A DNA stretch of 64,000 bases from Eledone cirrhosa (taxonomy: Eukaryota), in the NCBI GenBank assembly GCA_964016885.1, contig OZ024762.1:7936001-8000000 (forward strand), read 5' to 3'. The notes beneath the pieces are model-generated. The model had not been told where the DNA came from. It was given only the letters and a program-made list of their open reading frames with translations, and did no database searches. Below, one piece after another: positions 41,590-53,862 of this stretch; the stretch's first letter is position 1, and every line of letters starts with the position of its first letter. The translations under genes and the position numbers were made by a program.

Positions 41590-41855
41590 CTCAACTGACT
41601 TCCAGATGTTGCCTAACTCACTTCCAGATGTTGCCTAACTCACCTCCAGATGTTACATAAATGACCTAAAGATGTTTATCTACTACCTCCAAATGTTGCC
41701 CCACTGACCTCCAGATGTTACATATATGACCTAAAGATGTTTACCTACTACCTCCAAATGTTACATAAATGACCTAAAGTTGTTTACCTACTGACCTCCA
41801 GAAGTTGACCTACTGACCCATAGATGTTGCTTAACTGACCTCCAGATGTTACATA
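41590..41855. repeat. ~22-bp degenerate minisatellite
   Basis: acctccagatgttgcctaact variants. Confidence 0.85.
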
Positions 41856-42084
41856 GATTTGGTGCATTGGTGCTCCATATCTGTGTGTTCCAGTTGTTCA
41901 AACAATAGAACAACATACTTGTAAGTGGCTGAGCATTCTACAGACAATATACCCTTAAGGTAGTTCTCAGGGATGTTCACCATGATACAGTGTCTATGAA
42001 AAACTGTCTCTTTGAATTACAGGTACAACTCCTATGAAATATAGTGGTTTACTCAAGGACACAACAGACCATGTGATCCAAGGC

Positions 42085-42395
42085 CCCCTTAAACACTGCC
42101 ACACAATGTGAGCCAAGCACCTCTAAACACTGTCACATACTATGTGAGTCAAGCCCCCTAACCAGTCACACACCATGTGAGACAAAGCCCTCAAAGTCAC
42201 ATTGTGAGCCAAAGCCCACTTACCACTGTCACACACATTGTGAGCCAAGCACCCCTGCCAAGGCCCCCTAAGTGACACACCTTGTGAGCCAAGCCCCCTA
42301 ACCAGTCACACACCATGTGAGACAAAGCCCTCAAAGTCACTGTCACACACATTATGAGCCAAGCACCCCTGCCAAGGCCCCTAAGTGACACACCT
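42085..42395. repeat. ~30-bp minisatellite with higher-order duplication, adjacent to the exon donor at 42411
   Basis: cactgtcacacac..tgtgagccaagcccc variants; block 42150-42195 recurs at 42289-42335. Confidence 0.85.
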
Positions 42396-42411
42396 TCACA
42401 ACAAAACTTAC

Positions 42412-42513
42412 CTGAATCCTCCTGAGAATCTGACAACTTTTCCCCAATGCAGGGTTGAACTGCAGTGGATATCTGCATATGCTCCACCTGGGCATCATCA
42501 CAACTGTCCTCCC
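42412..42513 (-). CDS. NCOA: NCOA/SRC exon: PAS-A C-terminal part
   Basis: ttgtcgttaaag|GG...TCAG|gtaagt, 102 nt, phase 1/1. Encodes (G)EDSCDDAQVEHMQISTAVQPCIGEKLSDSQEDS, aligning with NCOA 'KYETMQCFAVSQP'. Confidence 0.88.
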
Positions 42514-42599
42514 CTTTAACGACAAATCACAAAACAATTAATTAACACTCTGTAATGATTTCACAGGAAATATTTTTAATTCGCGATTAGACAGAGAAA

Positions 42600-43130
42600 G
42601 TGGGGGTGAGTGTGAATGGAGGGAGAGATAGAGAAGGATGGAGAGAGAGGTATGGAGAGTGAGTGGAGAGAGAGGTGGAGTGACAGGTGGAGTGAGAGAG
42701 AGGGAGAGGTAGAGACAGTTAGGGAGGTGGAGTGGAGAGTGGGGAGAGACAGGTAGGGAGAGATGGTGAGGGAGGTGGAGTGAGAGGGAGAGGTAGAGAC
42801 AGTTAGGGAGGTGGAGTGGAAAGAGAGTGGGGAGAGATGGTGAGGGAAGTGGAGTGAGAAGGAGAGGTAAAGAAAGTTAGGGAGGTGGAGTGGAAAGAGA
42901 GTGGGGAGAGACAGGTAGGGAGAGATGGTGAGGGAGGTGGAGTGAGAGGGAGAGGTAAAGAAAGTTAGGAGGTGGAGTGGAAAGAGAGTGGGGAGAGACA
43001 GGTAGGGAGAGATGGTGAGGGAGAGATGGTGAGGGAGGTGGAGTGGGAGAGAGGAGTGAGCATGGGAGGTAGAGGTAGAGAGAAAGAGAGAGAGTAGAGA
43101 ATTAGGGAGGTGGAGAGAGAGAGAGAGAAG
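42600..43130. repeat. Purine-rich (G/A) tandem tract filling most of the intron between exons 43147 and 42513
   Basis: gggaggtggagtggaaagagagtggggagagacaggtagggagagatggtga variants. Confidence 0.85.
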
Positions 43131-43146
43131 TAGGTGTTAGTGTTAC

Positions 43147-43224
43147 CTGAAGGCTTGATCAACATCCGACAGAAGAAAGTCTTCCCTTTTGCAGCAGAGT
43201 TGTCTGACGGCCAAGCACTAGAGC
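43147..43224 (-). CDS. NCOA: NCOA/SRC exon: PAS-A
   Basis: atctcctacag|GC...TCAG|gtaac, 78 nt, phase 1/1. Encodes (G)SSAWPSDNSAAKGKTFFCRMLIKPS (NCOA 'SW...HTFNCRMLVKP'). Confidence 0.93.
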
Positions 43225-44581
43225 CTGTAGGAGATATAACAACAGTGATGTTAAGACATTCATCTAGTTCTCAGAAACAAGGATTTCTAACATAGGCACA
43301 AGGCCAGCAATTTGGGGGAAGAAGAGAGTCAATTATATCAACCCCAGTACATAACTGGTACTTTATTTTATCGACACTGGAAGGATGAAAGGTAAAGTTG
43401 ATCTCGGCAAGATTTAAACTCAGAATGTAGAAAGTTGTAACCAAATACCACAAAGCATTTCGTCCGACGCTCTACCGATTCTGTCAATCCACCAATTCTA
43501 ATAAACAAAGAATGACTATAATAGTTTCTGATTTAGGCACAAGGCCAGCAATTTTAGGGAGGGGGAAATTCGATCAAATTGGCCCCAGTGCATGACTGGT
43601 AGGTACTTTATTTTATCGACCCCGTAAGGATGATAGGGAAAGTTAACCTCGACAGGATTTTAACTCAGAACGTAATGGGCCATAACTCTGTGTCGCCAAC
43701 CATGTTGCCTGACTCTCTACCAATGCTGTCAATCTAAGGTGCTCTGAGATGATAAGCAGCAATATGACACATCGCCAAGGTACAATATTACTGTTATAGG
43801 GGTTATTCCCAATCTCCAGATCTGAGGTTAATTTTGTCTTTCATCCTTACGGGGTCATATTGACTTCCACTCCCCCAAATATTCTTGACTTTGGGTCTAA
43901 ATCAGAAACCATTATTATTATAGGATAACTGGGTACAACCATTCTGGGGCTGACAATTTCAACCAGCTGTTTAGGGACCATAGGTTTTAGGGTGTGAGAG
44001 AGAAAGAAAGAGAGAAAGAGAGATATGCACTCCATGACTAACAGAACCAACTCAAAGCAATACCCTTAATGGGGTCAAATTTCTCAAGAATGTTTAAATT
44101 CAGATCAGACAATCAGCTTAAAGATTTAAAAACACTTTCCCCCCTGCCCCTCATTTTTAACTAATTACTCAACTGACTAACGAGCGATGGGAAACTAATT
44201 TCAGTAAATGGAGTTTCCAGGAAACAAATTCCATTTGTGGTATTCCAATGCCATCCTAAGCAGAACTTGTGGATTATAAATGGCACAACAGAGTTTAGAC
44301 AGGAATATCAGAGAATTTATATTATATTATAACAATTCTGCAGTATTTCTGTTCGCCTGTCACATGGATGAATGCTGGAATTCGAGAAAATCATTCCAAA
44401 CTTCATGAAATACAATTATTACTAAGACAAAAATTGATGGATGAGAAGGGGGTGTCAAATGTTCTATAAAAATATTCACTCATGCCTCAAGGCAGTTTTT
44501 TCATTGTACTGTTTTCTTTGCTTTCTTATTTCTGTTTACTTTTTGCATACATGCACACACACACAGACAGACATATATATA

Positions 44582-44638
<57 letters not shown>

Positions 44639-44966
44639 TCATCATTTTACGTCCGCTTTTCCCTGCTTGCAAGGGTGGGACAGGTCCTATTCAGCACAGC
44701 ATCTCTCCATTCATCACCGTCCTTCGTGAGCTTCAGCGATCTGAGCTCAGCTCTCACCACCTCCACTTACGATTTTCGTCTACTGCGTCTCCCTTCCACT
44801 GGGATTTTTTGGCACTTCTTTACCCAGTGGTCATGCTTCAAGGCAATCTTTTCTGTCTCCAAAATGGCTGACTGAATACACACGTGCTTTTTGCAAAAAA
44901 AATGTTTTCCGTTTCTTCCTCCTCTCACCCCCTATCTTTCTATTTCGTCTTTTATTTCTCATTCTA

Positions 44967-45002
44967 TCTTCTGATGAAGGACTAGTTTCAGAAATGTTAA
45001 GA
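44967..45002 (+). ncRNA. Minimal hammerhead ribozyme motif, same family as 10336
   Basis: TCTT-CTGATGA-AGGACTAGTTTCA-GAAATGTT^AAGA. Stem I is TCTT/AAGA. Confidence 0.58.
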
Positions 45003-45130
45003 CCCTTTTCCTACTATATCAAACATTGAACTAATATATTTCTTCATCGTACTGTGTTGTTTGCTTTCTTATTTCTGTTTACTTTTTGCATACACACACA
45101 CACACACAGACTATTTATATATATATATAT

Positions 45131-45586
45131 AGTGAGGAGCGCGATGCTGCATGGTAGTGAGACATGGGCAGCAACTGCAGAGGATATGCACGGCTGGAGA
45201 GAAATGAGGCAAGCATGCTCCGTTGGATGTGCAGTGTCAATGTGTGTGAACGACCCAGCATAAATGTGTTGAGAGAGAAACTGTGTCTGAGAGGGATAGA
45301 ATGTAGTGTACGGGAGAGGAGACTGAGGTGGTATGGACATGTGATGCGCATGGAGGATGACCGATGGGTGAAGAAGTGCCAGGAATTGCCAGTTGAAGGA
45401 AGACGTGGTAGAGGTAGACCACGAAAAACATGGGCGGAGGTGGTGAGAACAGACCTCAGATCATTGAAGCTCACGGTGGAGATGACGAAGGACCGTGACG
45501 AGTGGAGAGATGCTGTGCTGAATAAGACCCGTCCCACCCTTGCAAGCAGGGAAAAGCGGACGTAAAATGATGATGATGATGATGAT
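45131..45586 (+). mobile_element. 5'-truncated RTE-clade LINE, young copy with (TGA)n tail
   Basis: Encodes VRSAMLHGSETW / RLERNEASMLRWMC...RRLRWYGHVMRMEDDRWVKK...EGRRGRGRPRKTW, and ends gcggacgtaaaatgatgatg. Confidence 0.9.
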
Positions 45587-46349
45587 ATATAAAGGGAAAC
45601 ACCACATCGAAGGGATACAAGGTTTAATTCCTTACAGGTAGTTTCCTTCTCATTCTACCATCTCCAAGAGTACATTACCTGATTTCCTCAACTAATATTT
45701 TTTTATATTTTTTGTGATTGAAGGGAGATCGGTGTAAAAGCCAAACTCACTATCTTTAATTTAGTATCCATGCCAAGGGTTGGTATGAATACATAGGTAA
45801 TGTTTGACATTAGGAAGGATATCCGGCTGTAGAAACCAACCCCAAAACAGATTGTATGAGCAAGGTGTAGTCACCTGACCAGCCTAGCTTCAATATGTGG
45901 CTCCCGGCTAGTGTGCGCACAAAACAAATCTCATAAAACATTTAACTCGTTCATAATTGTATTTCCACTAAATCATCATCATCATCATCATCATCGTTTA
46001 ACGTCCATGTTCCACGCTTGCATGGGTTTGGACGGGAGTTTTCCCACTTGAGGCAAGAGTGGTTGTCTTGCTCGCATAGGACTGTCTGGCGGGTTTTCTA
46101 CAGCTGGATGCCCTTCCTAACACCAACCACATTTACAGTGTGGGACTGGGAGGTTTTTACCGTGTTGCCTACACGGCCACTGTAAAATACACGGCCATTG
46201 TAAAATACAATCTATTTCAATTAATTAATGAAGAATTTTGAAACATTCATTAATATTATTATTCATTTCATTTCATTTCATTTCATTACTAACATATGGC
46301 AGCTATATAAAGTTATGTTGAATGATTTTTAAATGAGCAATAATTGTTT

Positions 46350-46845
46350 CAAGAAAGAGAATCAACTGCAAATCAAAAACATCCTCTCTTCGGCCATGCG
46401 CCAGCCAAAAGCCGCCTGAAATCCAGGAAAAGTTTCCTAAAGAGTGTCAAGCCTCTTGTAATATCAAGCATAAGTAGTGAAAGAGACATTCGCTGGGAAG
46501 AAAATCTTAACCCCCCCCCCCCTCCATATGTAACGACAATGGAGCTAAAAGCGAGCAAGGCACTGCCCCCTGGAGCAGATACAAACTATGCAGTGTGGAA
46601 ACAGACGAAGATCTGGTGTTGGACATACAAAAGTCACCCTTGTAAAATGGGGATATTTAAAGGATGGACATCGAACCACAGACTACGCACCACCTCCTGA
46701 TATGACCCCTGCTGGAACACCCCTCCACAGCATTGGACTTGGCAGAGTTTAATGAGAAAAGACAGCAATGTGTACAGCTGTGGTGGAACCACATTTAGCT
46801 AGGCTTTGTAACTGACACTTTTATGGACACGACAAGAAGTTTTAG
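46350..46845 (+). mobile_element. Non-LTR retrotransposon 3' remnant (RTE-X-like)
   Basis: HPLFGH...SRLKSRKSFL...LPPG...W...R.RSGVG.TK..L.KWG, typical of LINE C-termini. Confidence 0.55.
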
Positions 46846-47009
46846 GTGGGTTAGTATTAAAAGAATTAAGACAATGTTCTAAAGACACTCATTTCATAGA
46901 ACTTGAGTCAGTTTTAGGTGAGTTAGTTTGAATAGAATAAAGACAACATTCTAAAGACTCTCAATCCATAGCATAGTAATTGGTTAAGAAAACAAAATGG
47001 GAGAAAAAC

Positions 47010-47335
47010 ATTTTTGGACCCCATACTGCCGAGCTCCTCTCCAAGATCGGAATGTCAGCAGCCCATCTGAGGAAGGAGCACTGTGAGGTGGGGCGACTGG
47101 TGCAGTGGATGTCACTGATCATTGTCCGCGGGGCGCAGCCTCAATACCACCGCGCCCTAGTCAAGAGCCCCTCGCCCTCATCATTCTTCTATGACACTAG
47201 AGCCTTGCCTTTCCTTTCCTTTTCTGTTTTCATAACCACAAAAGACACTTGAATATTCAATGTAACTTTACTCTGTGTAGTGAGTACTGTTTTTATTTAC
47301 TTATATATGTTCAATATTTGATTAAACCTTTTTGG
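47010..47335 (+). mobile_element. 3' end of a CRE-like non-LTR retrotransposon
   Basis: FGPHTAELLSKIG...RLVQWMSLIIVRGA resembles the CRE C-terminal 'GP.A..FL..LG...FL.QRLS.A.QRGNA' motif. GC-rich block followed by an AT-rich UTR-like tail. Confidence 0.4.
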
Positions 47336-47781
47336 AAATATTTTTCAAATTGATCTTCTCTGAATCAAGAGATCATAGCTTCAGTACTACGGACATGTCG
47401 TTAGAATGTCTAAAGAAAGAATCACAGTAGGTAAATCACAAGCAAGCTGGTTGCATAACATCCATGAGCTCGGTTGGGCTCGCGTGGGGTTCCAGCTGGA
47501 TCATCTGGAGAGAGTTGCTTCTGATAGAACACTCTGGAAGGTGTACCTGTCATCATGATCGGCTAAGAAAGAAAGAAAGAAAGAAGAAGGAAGAAGAAGA
47601 AGCTCAGTTGGTCTCACTTAGGGATCCAGCTGAATCATTTGGAGACGGTTGTTTCTGATAGAACACTCTGGAAGGTGTGGTGTGCCTGTCATCATGATTG
47701 GCAAAGAAAGAAGAACAACAAAAAGAAGAAGAAGGAAAAGGAAGAAGAAACAGTAATAATAGTGGTAGTAGTTTTTCTTAC

Positions 47782-47872
47782 CGCCATAGGACATAGGAAG
47801 TAGCTTACTGCTAAATTGGGCATGGTCACCAACATGGATGATATTGTAGATACTTTTTCCAATTAGTTCCTC
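47782..47872 (-). CDS. NCOA: NCOA/SRC exon: PAS-A
   Basis: tgttgtttctag|GAG...GGCG|gtaag, 91 nt. Encodes EELIGKSIYNIIHVGDHAQFSSKLLPMSYG (NCOA2 '[26 protein letters not shown]'). Confidence 0.95.
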
Positions 47873-48042
47873 CTAGAAACAACAACAACAACAACAAATA
47901 TAGTAAAGTCATGTAAACAGAACGCTGCTACACACACATATTAAGAACAAAACAAGGTTTTTATTGTTTATACACAGTTACGACTGTTTCACAGATGGGT
48001 GGTTCTATACATACACCCTGTCTCCCTCTCTTTATATATATA

Positions 48043-48648
48043 CTAGCAGAATGGCCCGGCGTTGCTCGGGATTTACTCTAGGGTTCTTATATATTTGATA
48101 TATATTTATCCTTATCGAGCCTCATGAAATAAATACGTTTGTTTATATTTTGTTATTGTGTATGCAAAAATATCTGTACACGAATATATAATTATATATA
48201 TATATATTAAAATAACAGATTAAAGTTTAAGCAAAGAATCGCTGCTTTCACCCTTAACGGGATCTTCTGAAACTAAAAAAATCAATCCTTGAACGCAGAA
48301 GTAAATATTTCGAAAAACGTTACACACTATATATATATATGCACACACTATATATACATATACACACACACACACAGCGTCATAATGCAGACAGCCAGAC
48401 ATACAGACAGATATTATAAGGCCGCAACATTATATCTATGTATCTATCTAAAAAGAAAGACTAAGAATTATAGAGAGAGATCGCTAAATGCGGTCTCTAG
48501 GGCATTGAAAATTTGAAATTTTATTTTTTCAAAACACTCACACATCCATAAGTATTACATGTGTAAAGTTTGAAAACAATCGGTTGGGTGGTTCTCGAGT
48601 TTTAGGGAGTCAGGCAGACAGACAGACAGACATTCTCTGTTTTATATC
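48043..48648 (-). mobile_element. Non-autonomous Helitron-like element
   Basis: Minus-strand 3' end is a hairpin CCCGAGCAACGCCGGG about 8 nt before CTAG|T. The opposite end reads ATATAAAACAGAGAATGTCTGTCTG with a (GACA)n microsatellite. Confidence 0.6.
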
Positions 48649-48692
48649 ATCATCATCATCATCATCGTTTAATGTCCATCTTCCACGCTTGC

Positions 48693-48735
<43 letters not shown>

Positions 48736-48946
48736 TAGAACGAAGCATATCAAATAGAATGGACACAGCTTTGATCATTTCCTCACTCATTAAATAATTT
48801 AATTAAATCTGAATTATTAAAATTCGAACCCAGCCGATTAGAGTGTACACTTAAACGTTAATCAGTGAGGAAGATGATTTCATGTGGGTAGGAAATATAT
48901 ATATATATATATATATACACACTCACACATATATATATATATATAT

Positions 48947-48979
<33 letters not shown>

Positions 48980-49790
48980 GTTTAAAGTCCATCTTTCATC
49001 TTTATATGTTATATTAATTAGGTAGTAACATGTGCTTACATCGTATTTGACTAAATAGAATTAGTCTGTTAGGTGTGATTTAAAAAAAACCCTCTGAATG
49101 GAAAAAAGGATGAGTATTGACCTAGATGGGGTACAAACCCACATCTTTGCTTTGCCAGACCAATAACTGGCTAGTTTTCTACAGCTAGATTCCCTTCCTA
49201 ACACCAACCATATTTACAGTGTGTACTGGGTGCTTTTTGCCATGTCTTTTACACGACCACTTTACAGTGTGGGCTGAATGTTTTGTGGTACCAACATAAT
49301 ATATATATATATTTGCGTGCATATATATATATACCATATATATATACATGTATATACACACATCATATATATACACACATATATATTATCATCTTCATCG
49401 TTTAACATCCATCTTCCACATCTTAATGTAAATGCTAAAGGGTTAAATTGATTGTGTAGTATAATTGGTCTTGTTAGTATGATTAATTAGTTAATTAGTA
49501 GCGTTAGTAAAATTAAATGTGTATATTTGTCTATGGTATGTTAGTATGTCTATGTATGCATATAGGTGGACTTATCTATGTCTGCATGTGTGTTGGTGTG
49601 AGAGTTATCTATTAGTATGATTAATTAGCTAATTAGCGGCGTTAGTAAAATCACACGTGTGAATCTGTTGATGTGAGTGTATGTAACTAATTAATTAGTT
49701 GTATTGGTGTGTGCGTGTGTGTTGATGAAGTGGTAGTACACATGTGTTAGTGCAAGAGTGGATGCGAGGGGAGTACTGGGAAAGACTAGG

Positions 49791-50787
49791 CTAAAGGAAA
49801 TGGGGCGGGACATTTAGGCCATGTCCAGTAAAAGTTTGAAGAGCAAAAATAAGGTGCTGTTCTCTCATCAGGTGTAAGTCTAGGGCTGCAGGGCAAGCAA
49901 TGAGCCTGAAAACAGTGAGGGGGTGAGTGGAGTGCCTGACGGAGTGGAAATGTCGGTTGACCACAGATTAGTTGCTGAGGTGGATGTCTCGTAAATGCTT
50001 GGTGAACCTATCCGCTGGTCAATGTAGACAGCCATGCATAGCATGCAATGGAGCCCATGGACAAGACTGGAGGAGGTGCAGTGGAAGGGGTCTCGGCCTC
50101 GAAAAGCCTGGCCAGTGAGAGTTGTGGTGATGAAGTTGCATGTGTGAGCAGTGGGATCAAGCACAGGAGTTGGATCCAGAGGAGTTGGGGGAGATCCCGG
50201 AGTTGGCATGCATGCTTGAAGGAGGGGAGGGGTGGCACGAGGAAAATAGGGGAGGTAGAGGCATTCAACCAGAGGCAGTGGAAAAGACGGAGGGGCAAAG
50301 TGAAGAGGTGGTAGGTAAGGGGCAATGGGGTCGGTTAGTGGGCAGCAAGGACATGGTGTGAGAGTAATGGTGCAGTTGACTTCACAGGTTAGGGGCAGCT
50401 TGGATCAGAGTGAGTGTATAACCTTAACCAAGTGGACAATCAAGCCATGATGAGCCTGCTTTTCAAAGTAATGTGTTTCACTGCACAGACAGCTGGGGGG
50501 GGGGGGGGGACGTCGAGGTAGGAGTTGGTAGGTGTGAAGAAGGCTGAAGTGATGAGGGAACGACGGGGGAGCTCAAGGGAGATGCAGATGTCCAAGAAGT
50601 GGACAGAGGTGGTGAAGTCGAGGGCGGGGTGCAAGGAGCCCAGTTGTACCTGGGTGACTGTGGTGGCGCTGATAGAGTGGTCAATATAACAGACATAGCT
50701 GGGGGATGGGACCAGTGTATTTGGCAAAGATTTGGGCCTCAAATAGGTTGGCAGAGTTGGGGCCCATTCTTGTACCTATGGTCATAC
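49791..50787 (-). mobile_element. Decayed Penelope-like element (RT + GIY-YIG endonuclease), probably Neptune-type
   Basis: Fragments across frameshifts: IGTRMGPNSANLF (RT motif B), YIDH (YIDD), LHPALDFT..VHFLDI, FHCTSSSLVHGLHCMLCMAVYID (GIY-YIG), DRFTKHLRDI..V.RHFHS, and REQHLIFALQTFTGHGLN. Confidence 0.85.
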
Positions 50788-50995
50788 TAATTAATGTTGC
50801 TACCCGTTCAGTTGTAACTAAATTTTCTCTTTTCTTCACCATTGGACACCATAGAAATTCACAGCCGTCTAATCTTGTTACAGCCTTGTCTGATCAATAT
50901 ATACACTGTGTGATCAATATATGGTTATGATAATACTGTGACTTTCTTTGCATTGATGTATGTATATATCAGGAATGCAATTAGTATATATAAAT

Positions 50996-51490
50996 GTACA
51001 CTGTAAAGTGGTCCTGTAGGTGTCATGACAAAAAGCACCCAGCACACACTGTAAGTGGTCATGTAGGAATCTCTACAAAAAGCACCCAACACACACTGTA
51101 AAGTGGTCCTGTAGGTGTCACGACCAAAAGCACCCAGCACACACTGTAAAGTGGTCATGTAGGAATCTCGACAAAAAGCACCCAACACACACTGTAAAGT
51201 GGTCCTGTAGGTGTCACGACCAAAAGCACCCAACACACACTGTAAAGTGGTCCTGTAGGTGTCATGACCAAAAGCACCCAACACACACTGTAAAGTGGTC
51301 ATGAAGGTGTCGCGACAAAAAGCACCCAACACACACTGTAAAGTGGTCCTGTAGGTGTCATGACCAAAAGCACCCAGCACACACTGTAAAGTGGTCATGA
51401 AGGTTTCATGACCAAAAGCACCCAGCACACACTGTAAAGTGGTCATGAAGGTGTCGCGACAAAAAGCACCCAACACACACTGTAAATGTG
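50996..51490. repeat. 48-bp SINE-derived minisatellite x ~10
   Basis: acactgtaaagtggtcctgtaggtgtcatgaccaaaagcacccagcac, running into the SINE tail at 51490-51640. Confidence 0.93.
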
Positions 51491-52149
51491 ATTGGCGTTA
51501 GGAAGGGCATCCAGCTGTAGAAACTTAGCCAGAAACAGTTCTGTATGAGTAGGATACGGTCACCTGACCCAACTTGCTTCAAATGGGACAAACCATCAAA
51601 CCCATGCTAGCGTGGAAGGTAGACGTTAAACAACAATGATGTTACATGCTCTCTAAGGCTGATATAGACGCCATAGCTCACATGGAAGACAGCCCATCTC
51701 AGAGGGCAGCAACTCCAAATAAATGAACCTACTGACCTATAAACATATATCACTGTATATGTGTATATGGTCCCATAACTCCTGGTGGGGTCGTAGGGGT
51801 GCTGTAGTGGCATACAGCATTTCTTGGGCATTTTAAAACCTGATGGAGCCCATCCCTCTCCAGGTTTGAACATAGCAGATTTCTTCCAGAGAAGGAGCGA
51901 GTGAAAGAGAAAGTGAGAAAGAGATACAGAGGGAGAATCAACCTCAGTACTAGACTGGTACTTCTTTTTATTGACCTTGAAAGGATGAAAGGCAAAGTTG
52001 ACCTCGGCAGGATTTGAACTCTGAGAGCAGAGAACCAAAATGTATGTCACAAAACATTCTATCCAATTCTAAACAATTTAGGTACTAAAATAATTATTTA
52101 CACAAGTCTGCAAATTATACAAATGAATAACATTAAAATAAACACCACA

Positions 52150-53262
52150 ATTCATGTCACTACTGACCTATAAACTCATGTCACTACTGACCTATAAACA
52201 TGACACTACTGACCTATAAATAAGACACTACTGACCTATAAACATGACACTGACCTATAAACACAACGCTGTTGACCTATAAATGACACTAATGACCTAT
52301 AAACATGACACTGCTGACCTATAAATGACACTACTGACCTATAAACACATGTCACTACTGACCTATAAACACATGTCACTACTGACCTATAAACATGACA
52401 CTGCTGACCTATAAACACAGGTCACTACTGACCTATAAACTCATGTCACTACTGGCCTATAAACATGACACTACTGACCTGTAAACATGTCACTACTGAC
52501 CCATAAACACGTCACTACTGAGCTATAAACATGCCACTACTGACCTATAAACATGCCACTACTGACCTATAAACATGACATTACTGACCTATAAACATGC
52601 CACTACTGACCTATAAACATGACATTACTGACCTATAAATGACACTACTGGCCTATAAATACACAGCACTACTGACCTATAAACATGACATTACTGACCT
52701 ATAAATATGACACTACTGGCCTATAAATACACGGCACTACTGACCTATAAATATGACACTACTGGCCTATAAACATGTCACTACTTACCTATAAATATGA
52801 CACTATTGACCTATAAATGTGACACTACTGGCCTATAAACATATGACCTTGACCTATAAATATATGACCTTGTTGAACTATAAACATGACACTACTGGTC
52901 TATAAACATACGACCTTGACCTATAAGTACATGATCTTGTTGACCTATAAACGTAACCTTGCTGACCTATAAACATGACACAGTTGACTTACAAGCATAT
53001 GGTCTTGCTGACCTATAAAATATGACCTCGAAGACCTACACACACGACACAGTTGACCTATAAATATGACCGTGCTGACCTATAAACATATGACCTTGCT
53101 GACCCATAAACATGACACTGCTGACCTATAAACATATGACCTTGCTGACCCATAAACATGACACTACTGACCTATAAACATATGACCTTGCTGACCCATA
53201 AACATGACACTACTGACCTATAAACATAACACTATTGACCTATAAACATATGACACTACTGA
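52150..53262. repeat. ~20-26-bp minisatellite, roughly 45-50 units
   Basis: catgacactactgacctataaa variants. Confidence 0.95.
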
Positions 53263-53530
53263 CACATGGCCTTGTGGTAAGGGTTTGGGATTTATGATCA
53301 TAATGTCACGGGTTTAATTCCTGTCCTCTACTGAGTTCTTGAGCAAAACACTTCATTTCACGTTGCTCCAGTATACTCAGCTAAAAAATGAGTCCCAGCA
53401 ATAGCTTGGGTTTAACCCTGCGATGGACTCGCATCCTATCCAGGGGGCGGAGTCTTGTACTCTGTCGCTTCATGCTACAAAAACCAGGATAAGTGCCGAT
53501 TTGATGGCCTCCAGGCTCGAGACAGATTTT
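53262..53530 (+). mobile_element. tRNA-derived SINE, variant with aaccctgcgatggact tail. Copies at ~7400-7585(-), ~29437-29700, ~32485-32720
   Basis: A/B-box-like head, shared central domain, and 3' domain aaccctgcgatggact...cttcatgc...ggataag. Confidence 0.75.
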
Positions 53531-53596
53531 TTTATACTACTAACTTACAAACATATGACCTTGCTAATATATAAATATGTTACAGTGATTAGTGTG

Positions 53597-53681
<85 letters not shown>

Positions 53682-53772
53682 GTATATATATATTATGTAT
53701 ATATATATATGTGTATATTTGATATATAGTGCTACATAGTTGTGTATATTTAAGGAAAAGAGGGATACATAC

Positions 53773-53862
53773 TTGTGTATATTTGAGGTAAAGAGAGACC
53801 TTTTCGGAGACATGTTCTACTATGCCTTGGCAGTTGACGAAGAAGACAAAACCATCAAGAGC
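53773..53862 (-). CDS. NCOA: NCOA/SRC exon: start of PAS-A
   Basis: atcatttttcag|GCT...CAA|gtatgt, 90 nt. Encodes ALDGFVFFVNCQGIVEHVSEKVSLYLKYTQ, the classic PAS-A 'ALDGF..V...G....VSE.V..YL.Y.Q'. Confidence 0.95.

Noticed and set aside
48220-48402. ORF with 'GLIFLVSED' as a PAS-A exon
   Set aside because: It lies within the Helitron-like element; the true PAS-A exon is 53773-53862.
50996-53262. CRISPR-like arrays (also 39430-40005, 60345-60795, 22775-23260)
   Set aside because: Head-to-tail units without unique spacers, no cas genes, and a eukaryotic intron context.
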